From Deltaproteobacteria bacterium (GTDB lineage Bacteria; Desulfobacterota_D; UBA1144; Nemesobacterales; JAJCZQ01): a stretch of 64,000 nucleotides of DNA. Every line of letters begins with the position of its first letter. Positions within the stretch are counted from its first letter, which is position 1. The notes beneath the pieces were generated by a model, which was not told the origin of the DNA, did no database searches, and was given only the letters and a program-made list of their open reading frames with translations. The position numbers were made by a program, and so were the translations under genes. Below are positions 51,843-62,725 of this stretch, piece after piece. Location of the stretch: NCBI GenBank assembly GCA_029262335.1, contig JAJCZQ010000048.1:3844-67843 (forward strand), written 5' to 3'.

Positions 51843-53843
51843 GTGTCAAACTTTGTTTTAACAAGCGATTATAAACCTATGGGCGACCAACCCAACGCTA
51901 TAAACAGCTTAATACAGGGTGTAAATGACGGTATAACTGACCAGGTGCTTCTTGGGGTAACCGGAAGCGGCAAAACATTTACAATAGCCAATGTTATTAA
52001 TTCTGTTCAGAGACCAACATTAATACTGGCACACAATAAAACCCTTGCAGCCCAGCTTTATTCTGAGTTAAAAGACTTTTTTACTGAAAACGAAGTGCAC
52101 TACTTTGTAAGCTACTACGATTACTATCAACCCGAAGCCTATATACCCGCAACTGATACATATATTGAAAAAGATTCTTCAATTAATGAAGTGATTGACA
52201 GACTGAGACATTCTGCAACAACTGCATTGTTTGAAAGAAGGGATGTTGTAATTGTTGCAAGTGTATCTTCAATTTATGGTATTGGTTCCCCATCTGATTA
52301 CTACGGTATGTTAACAATTCTCAAAAAAGGTGAAAACTACGGACGTGAAAGACTTATACAAAGATTAACAGAAGTACAGTACAACAGGAAGTTAAGTGAC
52401 CTGGAAAGAGGATGTTTCAGGGTAAAAGGCGAAGTTGTCGATATTTACCCATCCGACAAGGATTCTGTCGCCTACAGGACTGAATTCTTTGGTAATGAAG
52501 TCGAGAAAATAACTGAGATTGATCCAGTTAGCGGAAAAAAAATTAAAGAGGTAAACAAAATAACAATTTTTCCCGGTTCCCATTATGTAGCACCTAAAGA
52601 AAAATTAAAAAAAGCTATAAAAACGATAAAAGAGGAACTGGATGAAAGGCTTGAATATTTTAAGTCAGAAGGGATGGAAATTGAGAGGACAAGGATAAAT
52701 GAAAGGACAAATTACGACCTCGAACTTCTGAAGACTATGGGATTCTGCCCAGGCATTGAAAATTATTCAAGGCATATATCAGGAAGAAAACCGGGTGAAT
52801 CTCCTTATACTTTGCTTGACTATTTCCCTGATGATTTTCTTTGTATAGTAGATGAAAGCCACCAAATGGTTCCGCAGCTAAGGGCTATGTATAACGGAGA
52901 CAGAAGCAGGAAAATGACACTTGTGGAAAATGGTTTCAGGCTTCCATCTGCACTCGATAACAGGCCCCTTAATTTTGAAGAATTTACGCAGCGTGTAGGA
53001 CAGGTTATTTATGTATCGGCAACACCCGGGACTTATGAGTTAGATAAATCGAATGAATACATCGTAGAACAAATTATCCGTCCTACAGGATTAAGAGACC
53101 CGGAAATAATTATTAAGAGTGCGGAAAACCAGGTAGATGACCTTCTTGATGAAATAAAAGACAGGATTAAGAACAAGGAAAGGGTACTAGTAACAACACT
53201 TACAAAAAAGATGGCTGAAGATCTTGCATCGTATTATAAAGAGATAGGACTTAAAGTCAGGTATCTCCATTCAGATATTGATACACTTGAGAGAATAAAA
53301 ATTGTACGTGACTTAAGGCTTGGGGAATATGACGTACTTGTAGGCATAAACCTGTTAAGGGAAGGGCTTGATATCCCGGAAGTATCGCTGGTTGCAATTA
53401 CAGATGCGGATAAGGAGGGGTTTCTCCGATCTGAAACTTCGCTTATACAGACCTTCGGCAGAGCTGCGAGAAATCTAAACGGTAAAGTGATTCTTTATGC
53501 TGACAGGATTACCAACTCAATGAAAAATGCTATTGCAGAGACGAACAGAAGACAAAAAATACAGGACATTTATAACAGGGAAAACAATATTACTCCTTTT
53601 TCCATTAAAAAGGATATTTCAAATATTCTGGAATCAATTTACGAATCGGATTATCTAACTATTAATAAGGAAGAAGAAGATGAACTGTATAAAATTCCTC
53701 CCGAAAAGATACCCAAAGAGATTGAAACACTTTTCAGGGAGATGAAGAAATCATCAGGTAAACATGAATATGAAAAAGCAGCTGATATAAAAAAGAAAAT
53801 AAAAAAACTCAAGGAAATGGAAATAAAGTATTTACTCAGCTGA
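51843..53843 (+). CDS. uvrB: Excinuclease ABC subunit B
   Basis: [60 protein letters not shown]. Confidence 0.98.
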   Translation: MSNFVLTSDYKPMGDQPNAINSLIQGVNDGITDQVLLGVTGSGKTFTIANVINSVQRPTLILAHNKTLAAQLYSELKDFFTENEVHYFVSYYDYYQPEAYIPATDTYIEKDSSINEVIDRLRHSATTALFERRDVVIVASVSSIYGIGSPSDYYGMLTILKKGENYGRERLIQRLTEVQYNRKLSDLERGCFRVKGEVVDIYPSDKDSVAYRTEFFGNEVEKITEIDPVSGKKIKEVNKITIFPGSHYVAPKEKLKKAIKTIKEELDERLEYFKSEGMEIERTRINERTNYDLELLKTMGFCPGIENYSRHISGRKPGESPYTLLDYFPDDFLCIVDESHQMVPQLRAMYNGDRSRKMTLVENGFRLPSALDNRPLNFEEFTQRVGQVIYVSATPGTYELDKSNEYIVEQIIRPTGLRDPEIIIKSAENQVDDLLDEIKDRIKNKERVLVTTLTKKMAEDLASYYKEIGLKVRYLHSDIDTLERIKIVRDLRLGEYDVLVGINLLREGLDIPEVSLVAITDADKEGFLRSETSLIQTFGRAARNLNGKVILYADRITNSMKNAIAETNRRQKIQDIYNRENNITPFSIKKDISNILESIYESDYLTINKEEEDELYKIPPEKIPKEIETLFREMKKSSGKHEYEKAADIKKKIKKLKEMEIKYLLS

Positions 53844-53844
53844 A

Positions 53845-55905
53845 ATGGATATAAGAAAGACCCTTTCACTATTTACGCATCTTCTCGCTTTAACAGGATA
53901 TTTGTCCCTGATTTTAAGCAGCAGTTCCGATACAGCCCTAATATTAATCTATTTAACCGTACTTTTTGGAAGTTTGTATTTTGACTTTTTTAAGAATAAG
54001 TATCTGTTAAACAAATTCTATTGTAATGCTCTGGCAGTTCTTCTTCTTATTTTTCTTGGAGTAAGAGTCTTTCTCTTTAATGAAGAATTAATTGTCGTAC
54101 TTATTTATTTTATCGTATACATACAGCTGATTAAGTTTCTGGGGAAAAAAGAATCTAAAGACTATGAACAGATAGTCCTTATCAGTTTTTTTCAGTTACT
54201 GGCAGGAGCAGTGACTACGACAAAACTATTTTATGGAATATTCCTTGTTGTTTTCATATTATTCTCTGTAATAACAATCTTTTTATTCAATATTTATAAC
54301 GAACAATACGGTATAAAAGATGGCGTAAAAAAAGACCCAAAATTTAATTACAGGACCCTGTTTAGCTCCGGAACCGTGATTTGGTTAAGTGTTGTTGTCC
54401 TGAGTCTTTCCGTATTTCTTTTGATGCCAAGATTTAAAGGCAATTTCCTAACAAGTTCACTTCTAAACAAACAAAAATTGAGTACCGGTTTTAATGATGA
54501 AATCGAACTTGGCCAGGTGGGAGAAATAAAAAAAGACAGCTCTCCCGTAATGAGGGTCAAATTCCTGAATAAATCAAAAGCAGAGTTGCCCGAGATAATT
54601 TACTGGAGAGGTGTGGCACTGGATTATTTTGACGGAAAATTATGGACCCAGAGATTCAAAAACCAGAAATCAAGGATCGCAAAGAACTATGACGGACTAT
54701 TTATTATCGACAAAAGTAAAAAGGATGATATTGCAATACAGGAAATAGTTGCAGAGCCAATCGATACAGACGTGCTTTTTGCAGCTAATTCACCGGTTGC
54801 TTTTGGTGAACTTCCATTCAGAAGCCTTTATACGGTAAACAACTCTTATTATCACAGCGGCCACTTTACAAACAATATAAAATACCTGGCATTTTCAGAT
54901 ATTAATTACCCGGACAGTAGTGAATTGGAGAAAAATAATAAAAATTACCCGGATGATATAATTCTAAAGTATGCAGGTCCTTTCGCAGTAAGCCCTGATA
55001 TTGAAGAGTTTTCATACAGCTTCCACGATGAAAATCTAAATCAATATCAGATTGTTAAAAGTGTAGAACAATATTTAAAAAATAATCTTAGTTATACGAG
55101 GGTACTTGAAAATAGTGGTGATAGTCCTCCACTTGACCAGTTTCTCTTTGAGGGAAAACAGGGACACTGTGAATATTTTGCAACTGCAATGACAGTAATT
55201 CTGAGAAAAATGGAGATACCTTCCAGGCTCGTAACCGGATTTATTGGCGGAGAATACAACCGAATCGGAGAGTACTATTTAATAAGGGAGAGCGATGCAC
55301 ATGCGTGGGTTGAAGTATTTTTCCCTGGCAGCGGCTGGGTAACATTTGATCCGACACCGGGAAACGATACAGATTTTTATACAGGTTTTAATGTTCTTAC
55401 CGGGTCACTTGAATATCTTAGATACAGATGGAACAGGTACGTAGTTGACTATGGTGTTAATGATCAAAGAAGATTGTTGAAAAATATCAGCAACAGGTCA
55501 GCAAAATTTAATTTTAATTTGTCTTCAAAATTAAAATTAAATAATCCACGATTATATTTCGCGGTTATGGCATTAATCCTGTTGTTAATAATTATCTACT
55601 ACAGTTTTAAGAATAAAATACCTTCACTAATTAAAAGAGAAGCAAATAGTTCTCAGGCATCAGCTACCTATAAAAAATCTGTTAAATTAATGAAAAAAAA
55701 GGGTTTTATAAAAGGCCCTGGTATTACTTCAAAAGAGTTTGCTGAATATATTGAATCAAATGATACCGGAAAATATAAAGAGTTTTCAATAATAACAAAT
55801 ATTTATAACAGAATTAAATTCAGCGGTGTTGAAGATAAAAAATTATACGAAAAATTAAAAGCTTCATATAATCGCCTTAAAAGACAGTTACAGAAGGAAC
55901 AGTAA
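53845..55905 (+). CDS. Membrane transglutaminase-like protein (DUF3488 + TG domain, TgpA-like)
   Basis: N-terminal TM block, YWRG..LD.FDG..W, catalytic triad GHCEYFATAM / AHAWVE / FDPTP. Confidence 0.88.
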   Translation: MDIRKTLSLFTHLLALTGYLSLILSSSSDTALILIYLTVLFGSLYFDFFKNKYLLNKFYCNALAVLLLIFLGVRVFLFNEELIVVLIYFIVYIQLIKFLGKKESKDYEQIVLISFFQLLAGAVTTTKLFYGIFLVVFILFSVITIFLFNIYNEQYGIKDGVKKDPKFNYRTLFSSGTVIWLSVVVLSLSVFLLMPRFKGNFLTSSLLNKQKLSTGFNDEIELGQVGEIKKDSSPVMRVKFLNKSKAELPEIIYWRGVALDYFDGKLWTQRFKNQKSRIAKNYDGLFIIDKSKKDDIAIQEIVAEPIDTDVLFAANSPVAFGELPFRSLYTVNNSYYHSGHFTNNIKYLAFSDINYPDSSELEKNNKNYPDDIILKYAGPFAVSPDIEEFSYSFHDENLNQYQIVKSVEQYLKNNLSYTRVLENSGDSPPLDQFLFEGKQGHCEYFATAMTVILRKMEIPSRLVTGFIGGEYNRIGEYYLIRESDAHAWVEVFFPGSGWVTFDPTPGNDTDFYTGFNVLTGSLEYLRYRWNRYVVDYGVNDQRRLLKNISNRSAKFNFNLSSKLKLNNPRLYFAVMALILLLIIIYYSFKNKIPSLIKREANSSQASATYKKSVKLMKKKGFIKGPGITSKEFAEYIESNDTGKYKEFSIITNIYNRIKFSGVEDKKLYEKLKASYNRLKRQLQKEQ

Positions 55906-56382
55906 ACTTCTAAACAGGATATAGGGGATAAAACTTAGAAGAGATATTAGAAATGCTCTTTCTGCAGAGATTTCAAGGGCATGTTTTAGAGCATATATAA
56001 ATGAAATTATTGTCCAAATTGATGTAATTGCAAGTAGCGGGATTGAAATAAAATGTAATAATCCAAATATGTTAAGGACTCCGGGTGAATAAGCCAGACC
56101 AAGCGTCCTTGCAAGCTGCGAAAAGGTTGCACTGTTTTTCATGACCTTTACACCAATCAAAAATATAATTAATGTCCATATAAGCCAACCAATGATGGAT
56201 GATAATAAATCCCTGATAATAGAACTGTCATTTGTCAGATTAATTGTACCAATACCCGTGCATAAACTCACAAGTAATACAATTAAAAGAGAACTTCTTA
56301 GAAATCCCGGATTATTTTTGGCCTGGAGGTAAACCTGTTTATCAAATTTTAGGGATTTTATGATTATTTTTAGTAATTGCAT
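55888..56382 (-). CDS. Yip1-like membrane protein
   Basis: Five hydrophobic segments; ATFSQLARTLGLAYSPG motif. Confidence 0.6.
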   Translation of the reverse strand: MQLLKIIIKSLKFDKQVYLQAKNNPGFLRSSLLIVLLVSLCTGIGTINLTNDSSIIRDLLSSIIGWLIWTLIIFLIGVKVMKNSATFSQLARTLGLAYSPGVLNIFGLLHFISIPLLAITSIWTIISFIYALKHALEISAERAFLISLLSFIPYILFRSLLFLL

Positions 56383-56422
56383 AAATTTATCTATCGGAAA
56401 ATATTAAATAAAAATAGTCTTC

Positions 56423-56451
56423 TTGCTCAAATTATATCGCTTATGTATTAT
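56423..56451 (+). promoter_or_regulatory. Candidate sigma70 promoter of the rimP-nusA-infB operon
   Basis: TTGCTC-N17-TATTAT. Confidence 0.6.
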
Positions 56452-56471
56452 ATTACACAAATTATTATTTG

Positions 56472-56497
56472 AAAGCGGGTTGTAGCCCGCTTTTTTT
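56472..56497 (+). terminator. rimP-leader hairpin / attenuator
   Basis: AAAGCGGGT-TGTA-GCCCGCTTT ending in a 7-T tract, between promoter and rimP start. Confidence 0.75.
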
Positions 56498-56508
56498 ATT
56501 GTAAAAAT

Positions 56509-56979
56509 ATGGAAAACGAAACTGAAAATAGTGTAAATGATAATATATTGAATATGGCTAACCCCCTGTTAAGCGGCAAAAATATGGAGTTGGTTGATTT
56601 AGAGTTTAGAAAAGAAGGTGTTGGAAAAGTATTAAGGCTTTTTATTGACAAGCCGGATGGTGTAACTGTTGAAGATTGCGCAGTTGTCAGCAGAGAGTTG
56701 AGCACACTTTTGGATGTTAATGAAGTTATCAGTGAAAGATATGTTCTGGAGGTGTCTTCCCCGGGACTTAGAAGACCGTTAAAGAAAGTAGAAGACTTTA
56801 AAAAATATGAAGGTAAATTGGTTTTAATTAAGACAAATGAACTAATTGAAAACAGGAAAGTGTTTAAAGGGTATCTGAAAGATACTAATGATGAAGGAAT
56901 ACAGGTGGATATAGATGGTTCATTGTACAGTCTGTCCTTTCATCAGATAAAAAAAGCAAATTTAGAAATTGATTTTTAG
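56509..56979 (+). CDS. rimP: Ribosome maturation factor RimP
   Basis: LRLFIDKPDGVTVEDC..VSR, YVLEVSSPGLRRPL, IKKANL. Confidence 0.96.
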   Translation: MENETENSVNDNILNMANPLLSGKNMELVDLEFRKEGVGKVLRLFIDKPDGVTVEDCAVVSRELSTLLDVNEVISERYVLEVSSPGLRRPLKKVEDFKKYEGKLVLIKTNELIENRKVFKGYLKDTNDEGIQVDIDGSLYSLSFHQIKKANLEIDF

Positions 56980-56988
56980 GAGGCAGCA

Positions 56989-58470
56989 ATGCTTACGGAA
57001 CTCAGCAGAGTTATAGATTCCGTAGTTAAGGATAAGGGCGTCGATAAAGACGAAATAATAAAAGCAGTGGAAGATTCCGTACTTTCTGCTGCCGAAAAAT
57101 TATTTAGAATGGATGATAAATATAATGAACTTGAAGTCCATTATAATGAAGATGAAGGTGAAGTTGAACTTTTCGAATTTAAAGAAGTAGTAGAGGAGTT
57201 GCTTGACCCTGATGTTGAAATTATTTTAGACGAAGCAAGTGAATTAGACCCCGATGCGGAAATAGGTGACCTGATTGGTGTTAAGATAAATCCTGATTTT
57301 ACACGAATAGCGATTCAGAATGCTAAACAGAAAGTACTTCAGAAATTAAAAGAAGCAGAAGGCAGAGTAATTTTTGGTGAATTTATCGACAGGAAAGGCG
57401 ACCTGGTAGGCGGAATTGTCAGAAGGGTTGAAAGAAAAAATGTAATTGTCGATATTGGGAGGACTGAAGCAGTATTGCCTAAAGAGCAGCAGGTTCCAAG
57501 AGAATATTACAAGCCTAAAGAGAGAATCAGAGCAATTTTACTTGATATAGTTGAAGCCAAGAAAGGACCGCAGTTAATACTTTCAAGGTCAAGTAATGAG
57601 TTTGTAAGAAAATTGTTTATGACTGAAGTTCCGGAAATAAATGAACAAATCGTAGAAATTAAAGCAATTTCACGAGATCCGGGTGGAAGGACAAAAATAG
57701 CTGTAGATTCCAAAGACCCTGATGTTGATCCGGTAGGTGCCTGTGTAGGTATGAGAGGTGCAAGGGTTCAGAATATTATCCAAGAATTAAGGGGAGAAAA
57801 GATAGATATTGTCCCCTGGTCAAGTGATACTGCGAGGTATGCATGTAATGCCCTTTCTCCGGCTAAAGTAAATAAAGTAATTATAGATGAAAGCAACAGG
57901 GCTATGGAAGTTATAGTTGATGATGATCAGCTTTCACTTGCTATTGGACGAAAAGGCCAGAATGTAAGACTGGCTTCCCAGTTAACTAACTGCAAAATAG
58001 ATATTAAAACAGAATCAGAAGTTAAAAAAGAACAGCAGGAAGTTATATCTTTAATGATGAGCCTTCCAAAAGTAGGAGAGGTCTCTGCAAATCTACTCTA
58101 TAATGAGGGTTACAGAAGCCTTGAGGACATAGCATTTGCTGATCCTGAACAGCTTTTGAGGACTTCATCAGTAGATGAACTGGAAGAAATAGAGAAAATA
58201 CAGACTGCTGCACGTATAGCTTTAAAAAATAAACTTAAACAGATGACTGTTGAAGATATCAAAACAGATACAGAAGAAGTTCCGGTAGAAGTAAAAGATG
58301 AAACTACTAATTATGAAGACGATTCAAATACTACCGAAACAGAACCAATTGAAAATAGTGAAGAAGGTGATTCAAATACTTCCGAAACAGAGCCTATTAA
58401 AAAAAATGAAGAAGAAGATTCAATTGCTGCCAAATCAGAGCCAATTAAAAATAATGATGAAGAGGATTAA
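56989..58470 (+). CDS. nusA: Transcription factor NusA
   Basis: S1/KH motifs: EVPEI, RDPGGRTKIAV, DPVGACVGMRGARVQ, LSLAIGRKGQNVRLA. Confidence 0.97.
   Translation: MLTELSRVIDSVVKDKGVDKDEIIKAVEDSVLSAAEKLFRMDDKYNELEVHYNEDEGEVELFEFKEVVEELLDPDVEIILDEASELDPDAEIGDLIGVKINPDFTRIAIQNAKQKVLQKLKEAEGRVIFGEFIDRKGDLVGGIVRRVERKNVIVDIGRTEAVLPKEQQVPREYYKPKERIRAILLDIVEAKKGPQLILSRSSNEFVRKLFMTEVPEINEQIVEIKAISRDPGGRTKIAVDSKDPDVDPVGACVGMRGARVQNIIQELRGEKIDIVPWSSDTARYACNALSPAKVNKVIIDESNRAMEVIVDDDQLSLAIGRKGQNVRLASQLTNCKIDIKTESEVKKEQQEVISLMMSLPKVGEVSANLLYNEGYRSLEDIAFADPEQLLRTSSVDELEEIEKIQTAARIALKNKLKQMTVEDIKTDTEEVPVEVKDETTNYEDDSNTTETEPIENSEEGDSNTSETEPIKKNEEEDSIAAKSEPIKNNDEED
58321..58464 (+). repeat. Three 48-bp tandem coding repeats at the end of nusA
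   Basis: Units start GATTCAA at 58321, 58369, 58417: DSNTTETEPIENSEEG / DSNTSETEPIKKNEEE / DSIAAKSEPIKNNDEE. Confidence 0.85.
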
Positions 58471-58517
58471 ATTACTTTATTAAAAAGGTGATTATAAAGT
58501 AGAGATAAATAATAAAT

Positions 58518-61094
58518 ATGGGAAAAGTCAGAGTATACGAATTGTCAAAAGAAGCAGGGGTCACTAATAAAGATGTAATTCTTGCAGCTAAAGAGCTGGG
58601 TCTTGAACTTAAGAGCCATGCAAGTGCAATAGAAGACCACTATATTCAAAAGATTAAAGAAAAGATCACTAATAATAAAGATAAAAAAGATACTCCGGAA
58701 GTTAAGGAAGAAGTATCGGAAGAGGTAAAAGTATTTAAATCCGAATCGGGACAGGAAGTAGTTGAAAGAAGAACCGGCAGTAAAGTTGTTTTAAGAAAAA
58801 AGAAAAGAGTAAAAGAAGAAGAAATTATAGAAGAGCCCCAACAAACAAAAGAATCTACTGTTGCCGATGTTGCTCCTGAAGCCGATACAGCTGATAAAGA
58901 AAGTGAAGACATCAGTGAAATTGCAGCTGAAAGTGTAAATGAGGTTTCAGAGGAACTGCCTGAAATCACGGAAGATATAGAAGGCATAGATGATCTGGAA
59001 TTAAAGGACGACAAAAAAGAAGTAAAAGAAGATGGGAAAGGTAAATCATCTGCAAAAGTAGAAGAATCCAAGAAAAAGAAAAAAACAAAAAAAGTTAAAA
59101 TAACAAAAGAAGAAATAATTGACGAAGATACTCTTGAAGAACTAAGAAAAGCATTCAGAACAAAACTACCAACACGTAAGAAGGAATACGTTGTTGATGA
59201 CAGGAAATTTAAACCTAAAACTCCTTCCGGAGATAATAAAGGAAGGCACGGACAAAGAAACAGGCCTTTTCCTGAAAACAAATACAAACAACAAAAACTT
59301 ACCGGAGATGCACCTACAGGTATCAGGCCGGAAATTGAAGATTCAGGAAAAAAACAGATTAAGATTGGCGAAACAGTAGCTGTAGGAGAGCTTGCCAAGA
59401 AGATGGGTATTAAAGGTGTTGCACTTATCAGAAAACTGATGCAACTTGGTATGCCCGCTACAATTAATGAAGAAATTGATTCAGAAACAGCAATAATTGT
59501 TGCAGAGGAATATGGACAAAATATTGTAATTGAAAAATATGAAGAAAAAGATTTTCTTATAGAGAACGATGAAAATGATACATTGGTTAAACGTCCTCCA
59601 GTAGTAACCGTAATGGGGCACGTGGACCATGGTAAAACAACACTTCTTGACAGTATAAGGACAACAAGTGTTGTTACTGGTGAAGCTGGCGGTATTACTC
59701 AGCACATTGGTGCTTATAAGGTAAATATTAATGACAGCGTAATTACTTTTATTGATACTCCTGGCCATGAAGCATTTACCTCTATGAGAGCAAGAGGGGC
59801 AAGCATAACCGACATAGTAATATTAGTAGTCGCCGCAGATGATGGTGTAATGCCTCAGACACTTGAAGCTATTAACCATGCCAAAGCAGCTGAGGTCCCT
59901 ATCATTGTTGCAGTAAATAAAATTGATAAAGACGATGCAGACCCTGAGAAGATTAAAAGGCAATTATCTGAAAATGGTTTAATTTCCGAAGAATGGGGAG
60001 GAGATACACTCTTTGCGGAAGTTTCGGCAAAATCAAAACAGGGTATTAAAGAGCTGCTTGATTTAGTTTTACTTCAGGCAGATATCCTAGAACTTCAGGC
60101 CGTTGCTGATAAAAGAGCAAACGGAGTTATAGTTGAAGCTAAACTTGATAAGGGAAGAGGTGCTATCTCTACAGTAATAGTAACGGAAGGCACATTGAAA
60201 ATTGGGGATTATGTAATGTCCGGCATTTATTCCGGAAGGGTCAAAGCCCTTAAGGATGAACAAGGTGCTGATGTCAGGGAAGCAGGGCCGTCCATACCTG
60301 TCGAAATTATGGGTATATCCGGTGTGCCTACTGCCGGTGAAAGGTTTTATGTAGTTAAAGATGAAAAAACTGCCAAAGAAGTTATAAGTAACAGAGAATT
60401 AAAACTTAGAAAGAAAACTGTAGTACCTGATTTAAAAGTATCTCTTGAACAACTGTTTGAGAATCTTGAAAAGGATGAAGTAAAAGAACTGTTTATTGTT
60501 ATAAAAGGAGATACGCAGGGCTCTGTAGAAGCTTTACAGGAATCATTACTAAAACTGAGTGGTGAAAAATGTACAGTTAACATAGTACACGCAGGTGTTG
60601 GTGGAATTAACGAGACTGACATTGTTCTGGCAAGTGCATCAAATGCAATTGTAGTAGGATTTAATGTCAGGCCGGACAATAATGCTTTAAAAATAGCCGA
60701 AAAAGAAGGTGTCTCTCTTGAACTTCATAAGATTATTTATGATGTTACAAACAGAATATTAGCAGCTATGGAAGGCCTGCTTGAGCCTGTTGTCAGTGAA
60801 GTAATTACAGCCCATGTTGAGGTTAAGGAAACATTTCACATCTCAAAAATCGGTACTATTGCAGGATGTATGGTTACAGATGGAAAGGTCCAGAGAGATA
60901 ATAACATACGTGTAATTCGTGATTCCGTGCAGATATATGAAGGTAAGATTGATTCACTTAGAAGATTTAAAGACGATGTTAAAGAAGTACAGAGTGGATT
61001 TGAATGTGGTATAAGTGTCGTAAATTACAATGATATAAAAGAGGGTGACACTTTTGAAATCTTCAAATTCGAGGAAACAAAACAAAAACTATAG
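58518..61094 (+). CDS. infB: Translation initiation factor IF-2
   Basis: [67 protein letters not shown]. Confidence 0.98.
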   Translation: MGKVRVYELSKEAGVTNKDVILAAKELGLELKSHASAIEDHYIQKIKEKITNNKDKKDTPEVKEEVSEEVKVFKSESGQEVVERRTGSKVVLRKKKRVKEEEIIEEPQQTKESTVADVAPEADTADKESEDISEIAAESVNEVSEELPEITEDIEGIDDLELKDDKKEVKEDGKGKSSAKVEESKKKKKTKKVKITKEEIIDEDTLEELRKAFRTKLPTRKKEYVVDDRKFKPKTPSGDNKGRHGQRNRPFPENKYKQQKLTGDAPTGIRPEIEDSGKKQIKIGETVAVGELAKKMGIKGVALIRKLMQLGMPATINEEIDSETAIIVAEEYGQNIVIEKYEEKDFLIENDENDTLVKRPPVVTVMGHVDHGKTTLLDSIRTTSVVTGEAGGITQHIGAYKVNINDSVITFIDTPGHEAFTSMRARGASITDIVILVVAADDGVMPQTLEAINHAKAAEVPIIVAVNKIDKDDADPEKIKRQLSENGLISEEWGGDTLFAEVSAKSKQGIKELLDLVLLQADILELQAVADKRANGVIVEAKLDKGRGAISTVIVTEGTLKIGDYVMSGIYSGRVKALKDEQGADVREAGPSIPVEIMGISGVPTAGERFYVVKDEKTAKEVISNRELKLRKKTVVPDLKVSLEQLFENLEKDEVKELFIVIKGDTQGSVEALQESLLKLSGEKCTVNIVHAGVGGINETDIVLASASNAIVVGFNVRPDNNALKIAEKEGVSLELHKIIYDVTNRILAAMEGLLEPVVSEVITAHVEVKETFHISKIGTIAGCMVTDGKVQRDNNIRVIRDSVQIYEGKIDSLRRFKDDVKEVQSGFECGISVVNYNDIKEGDTFEIFKFEETKQKL

Positions 61095-61098
61095 GTAA

Positions 61099-61389
61099 AT
61101 GGTAATTGGATTACTTAGAATAGAAATCTACATTGAATCAAGCCGGTCATTAAAAGATAAAAGAAAAATTATCAAAAGTCTTATCCAAAAATTAAAGTCC
61201 AAATTTGCAAATCTTTCTGTCTCTGAAGTCGAACTTCTTAATAACTGGAAAAAATCTATAATTGCAATAGTCACAGTCTCAAATGAAATTACATATATAA
61301 ATTCTGTAATAGACAAAGTATTGAACTTTATTAAAGAAGGTAATAACTATCAGGTAGTTGATACTGAAATTGAGTTATTAAACTATTAA
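61099..61389 (+). CDS. DUF503 (YlxP-like) protein
   Basis: SRSLKDKRKIIKSL...F.NLSVSEV; conserved position between infB and rbfA. Confidence 0.9.
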   Translation: MVIGLLRIEIYIESSRSLKDKRKIIKSLIQKLKSKFANLSVSEVELLNNWKKSIIAIVTVSNEITYINSVIDKVLNFIKEGNNYQVVDTEIELLNY

Positions 61390-61392
61390 AAA

Positions 61393-61746
61393 ATGGGATT
61401 TAGCTATAAAAGATCAAAAAGAGTAGGGGAACAAATTCTCAAAGAAATTTCAGGAATGATTGCAAAATCTGAAATAAGAGACCCCAGGTTAGAGTCTGTT
61501 GTTCTGACAAATTTTCATATATCAGATGATATGGGATATCTAAAACTGTATTTTACAAAGATGAATGAAGAAGCAGATATAGATGAAATTAAAGAAGGAC
61601 TAAACAGTGCAAGCAGTTATATAAGAAGAAAAATATCTCAAAAATTAAGCATGAAAAAAACACCTAAAATTGAATTTGAATTCGATTCTGTTTTGGAAGA
61701 TGGATATAAAATAGATGAAATATTAAGGGATTTGGACAGTGAATGA
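61393..61746 (+). CDS. rbfA: Ribosome-binding factor A
   Basis: RSKRVGEQI.KEIS, IRDPRL, TPKIEFEFD; synteny. Confidence 0.93.
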   Translation: MGFSYKRSKRVGEQILKEISGMIAKSEIRDPRLESVVLTNFHISDDMGYLKLYFTKMNEEADIDEIKEGLNSASSYIRRKISQKLSMKKTPKIEFEFDSVLEDGYKIDEILRDLDSE

Positions 61747-62725
61747 AATAAATAATATAATAAAAATAATTGAAGCTTCAGACAATATTCTAATCACTGC
61801 ACATGAAAACCCTGACTGTGATGCCCTTGGTTCTACTCTGGCACTTGGACTGGGTTTAAAGAGTATAGGAAAGAATGTGGATTTGTATAATAACAACAGT
61901 ACTCCCGAACACCTCAAATTTTTACCTGAATGGAAAAATGTAATAAGTGATATAGATAAGCTAAAAGACAGTTATGATTGCGTTTTCCTTCTAGACAGTG
62001 CAGACGATATGCGGCCGGGGTTAAAATTTCATGAATACATGAAAAAAGCAGATTATAAAGAAAAGATTGTTATAGACCATCATAATACAAACTCAGACGA
62101 CCATGAACTGGTATGGGTAGATGTGAAAGCCGCTTCAACGGGAGTAATGATATATAAAATTCTTAAAACTATGGACATAGAAATCTCAAAAAATATATCT
62201 ACACTTATTTACTCAACTATTGTTGGTGATACAGGATCTTTCCGATATTCAAATACAAGTTCTGAATCTCTTAAGATTGCTTCAGAACTTGTTGATTATG
62301 GTGCTGAACCGGAATTTATATCCCAGGCTATATATGAGAATGAGCCCTTAAAAAAAATAAATTTAATAGCACGTGCATTAAATACTCTTGAAATTGATGA
62401 ATCCAAAAAAATAGCATCAGTCTATATTGATAATGAAATGTTTGCACAGACCGGTACTTCACGGGAAGATACAGAGGGTATTATTAACTTACCAAGGAAA
62501 ATAAACGGGGTATCCGTTGCAATATTGCTCAGGCAGGAAAATAACAGTAATGAACCTTTACCCAGGTGGAAGATAAGTCTTAGATCAAAGTTTGATGTGG
62601 ATGTATCTGCCATTGCCCAAAAATACGGAGGGGGAGGGCACGTAAAAGCTTCAGGCCTTTCAATGGAAGGGGAACTAACTAATGTAAAAAGTGACCTGTT
62701 AGCATCTATAAAAGAGGTTATTTAG
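61739..62725 (+). CDS. nrnA: DHH/DHHA1 phosphoesterase (NrnA-type nanoRNase/pAp phosphatase)
   Basis: HENPDCDALGS, IDHH, DTGSFRY, SLRS, GGGGH..ASG. Confidence 0.9.
   Translation: MNEINNIIKIIEASDNILITAHENPDCDALGSTLALGLGLKSIGKNVDLYNNNSTPEHLKFLPEWKNVISDIDKLKDSYDCVFLLDSADDMRPGLKFHEYMKKADYKEKIVIDHHNTNSDDHELVWVDVKAASTGVMIYKILKTMDIEISKNISTLIYSTIVGDTGSFRYSNTSSESLKIASELVDYGAEPEFISQAIYENEPLKKINLIARALNTLEIDESKKIASVYIDNEMFAQTGTSREDTEGIINLPRKINGVSVAILLRQENNSNEPLPRWKISLRSKFDVDVSAIAQKYGGGGHVKASGLSMEGELTNVKSDLLASIKEVI

Noticed and set aside
58471..58517. Missing ylxR between nusA and infB (and ribF after truB)
   Set aside because: No remnant visible; these genes are often absent from this operon.
58646..59398. 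250-aa antisense ORF inside infB
   Set aside because: Ser/Phe/Leu-rich mirror of the Glu/Lys-rich IF-2 N-domain; no independent motif.
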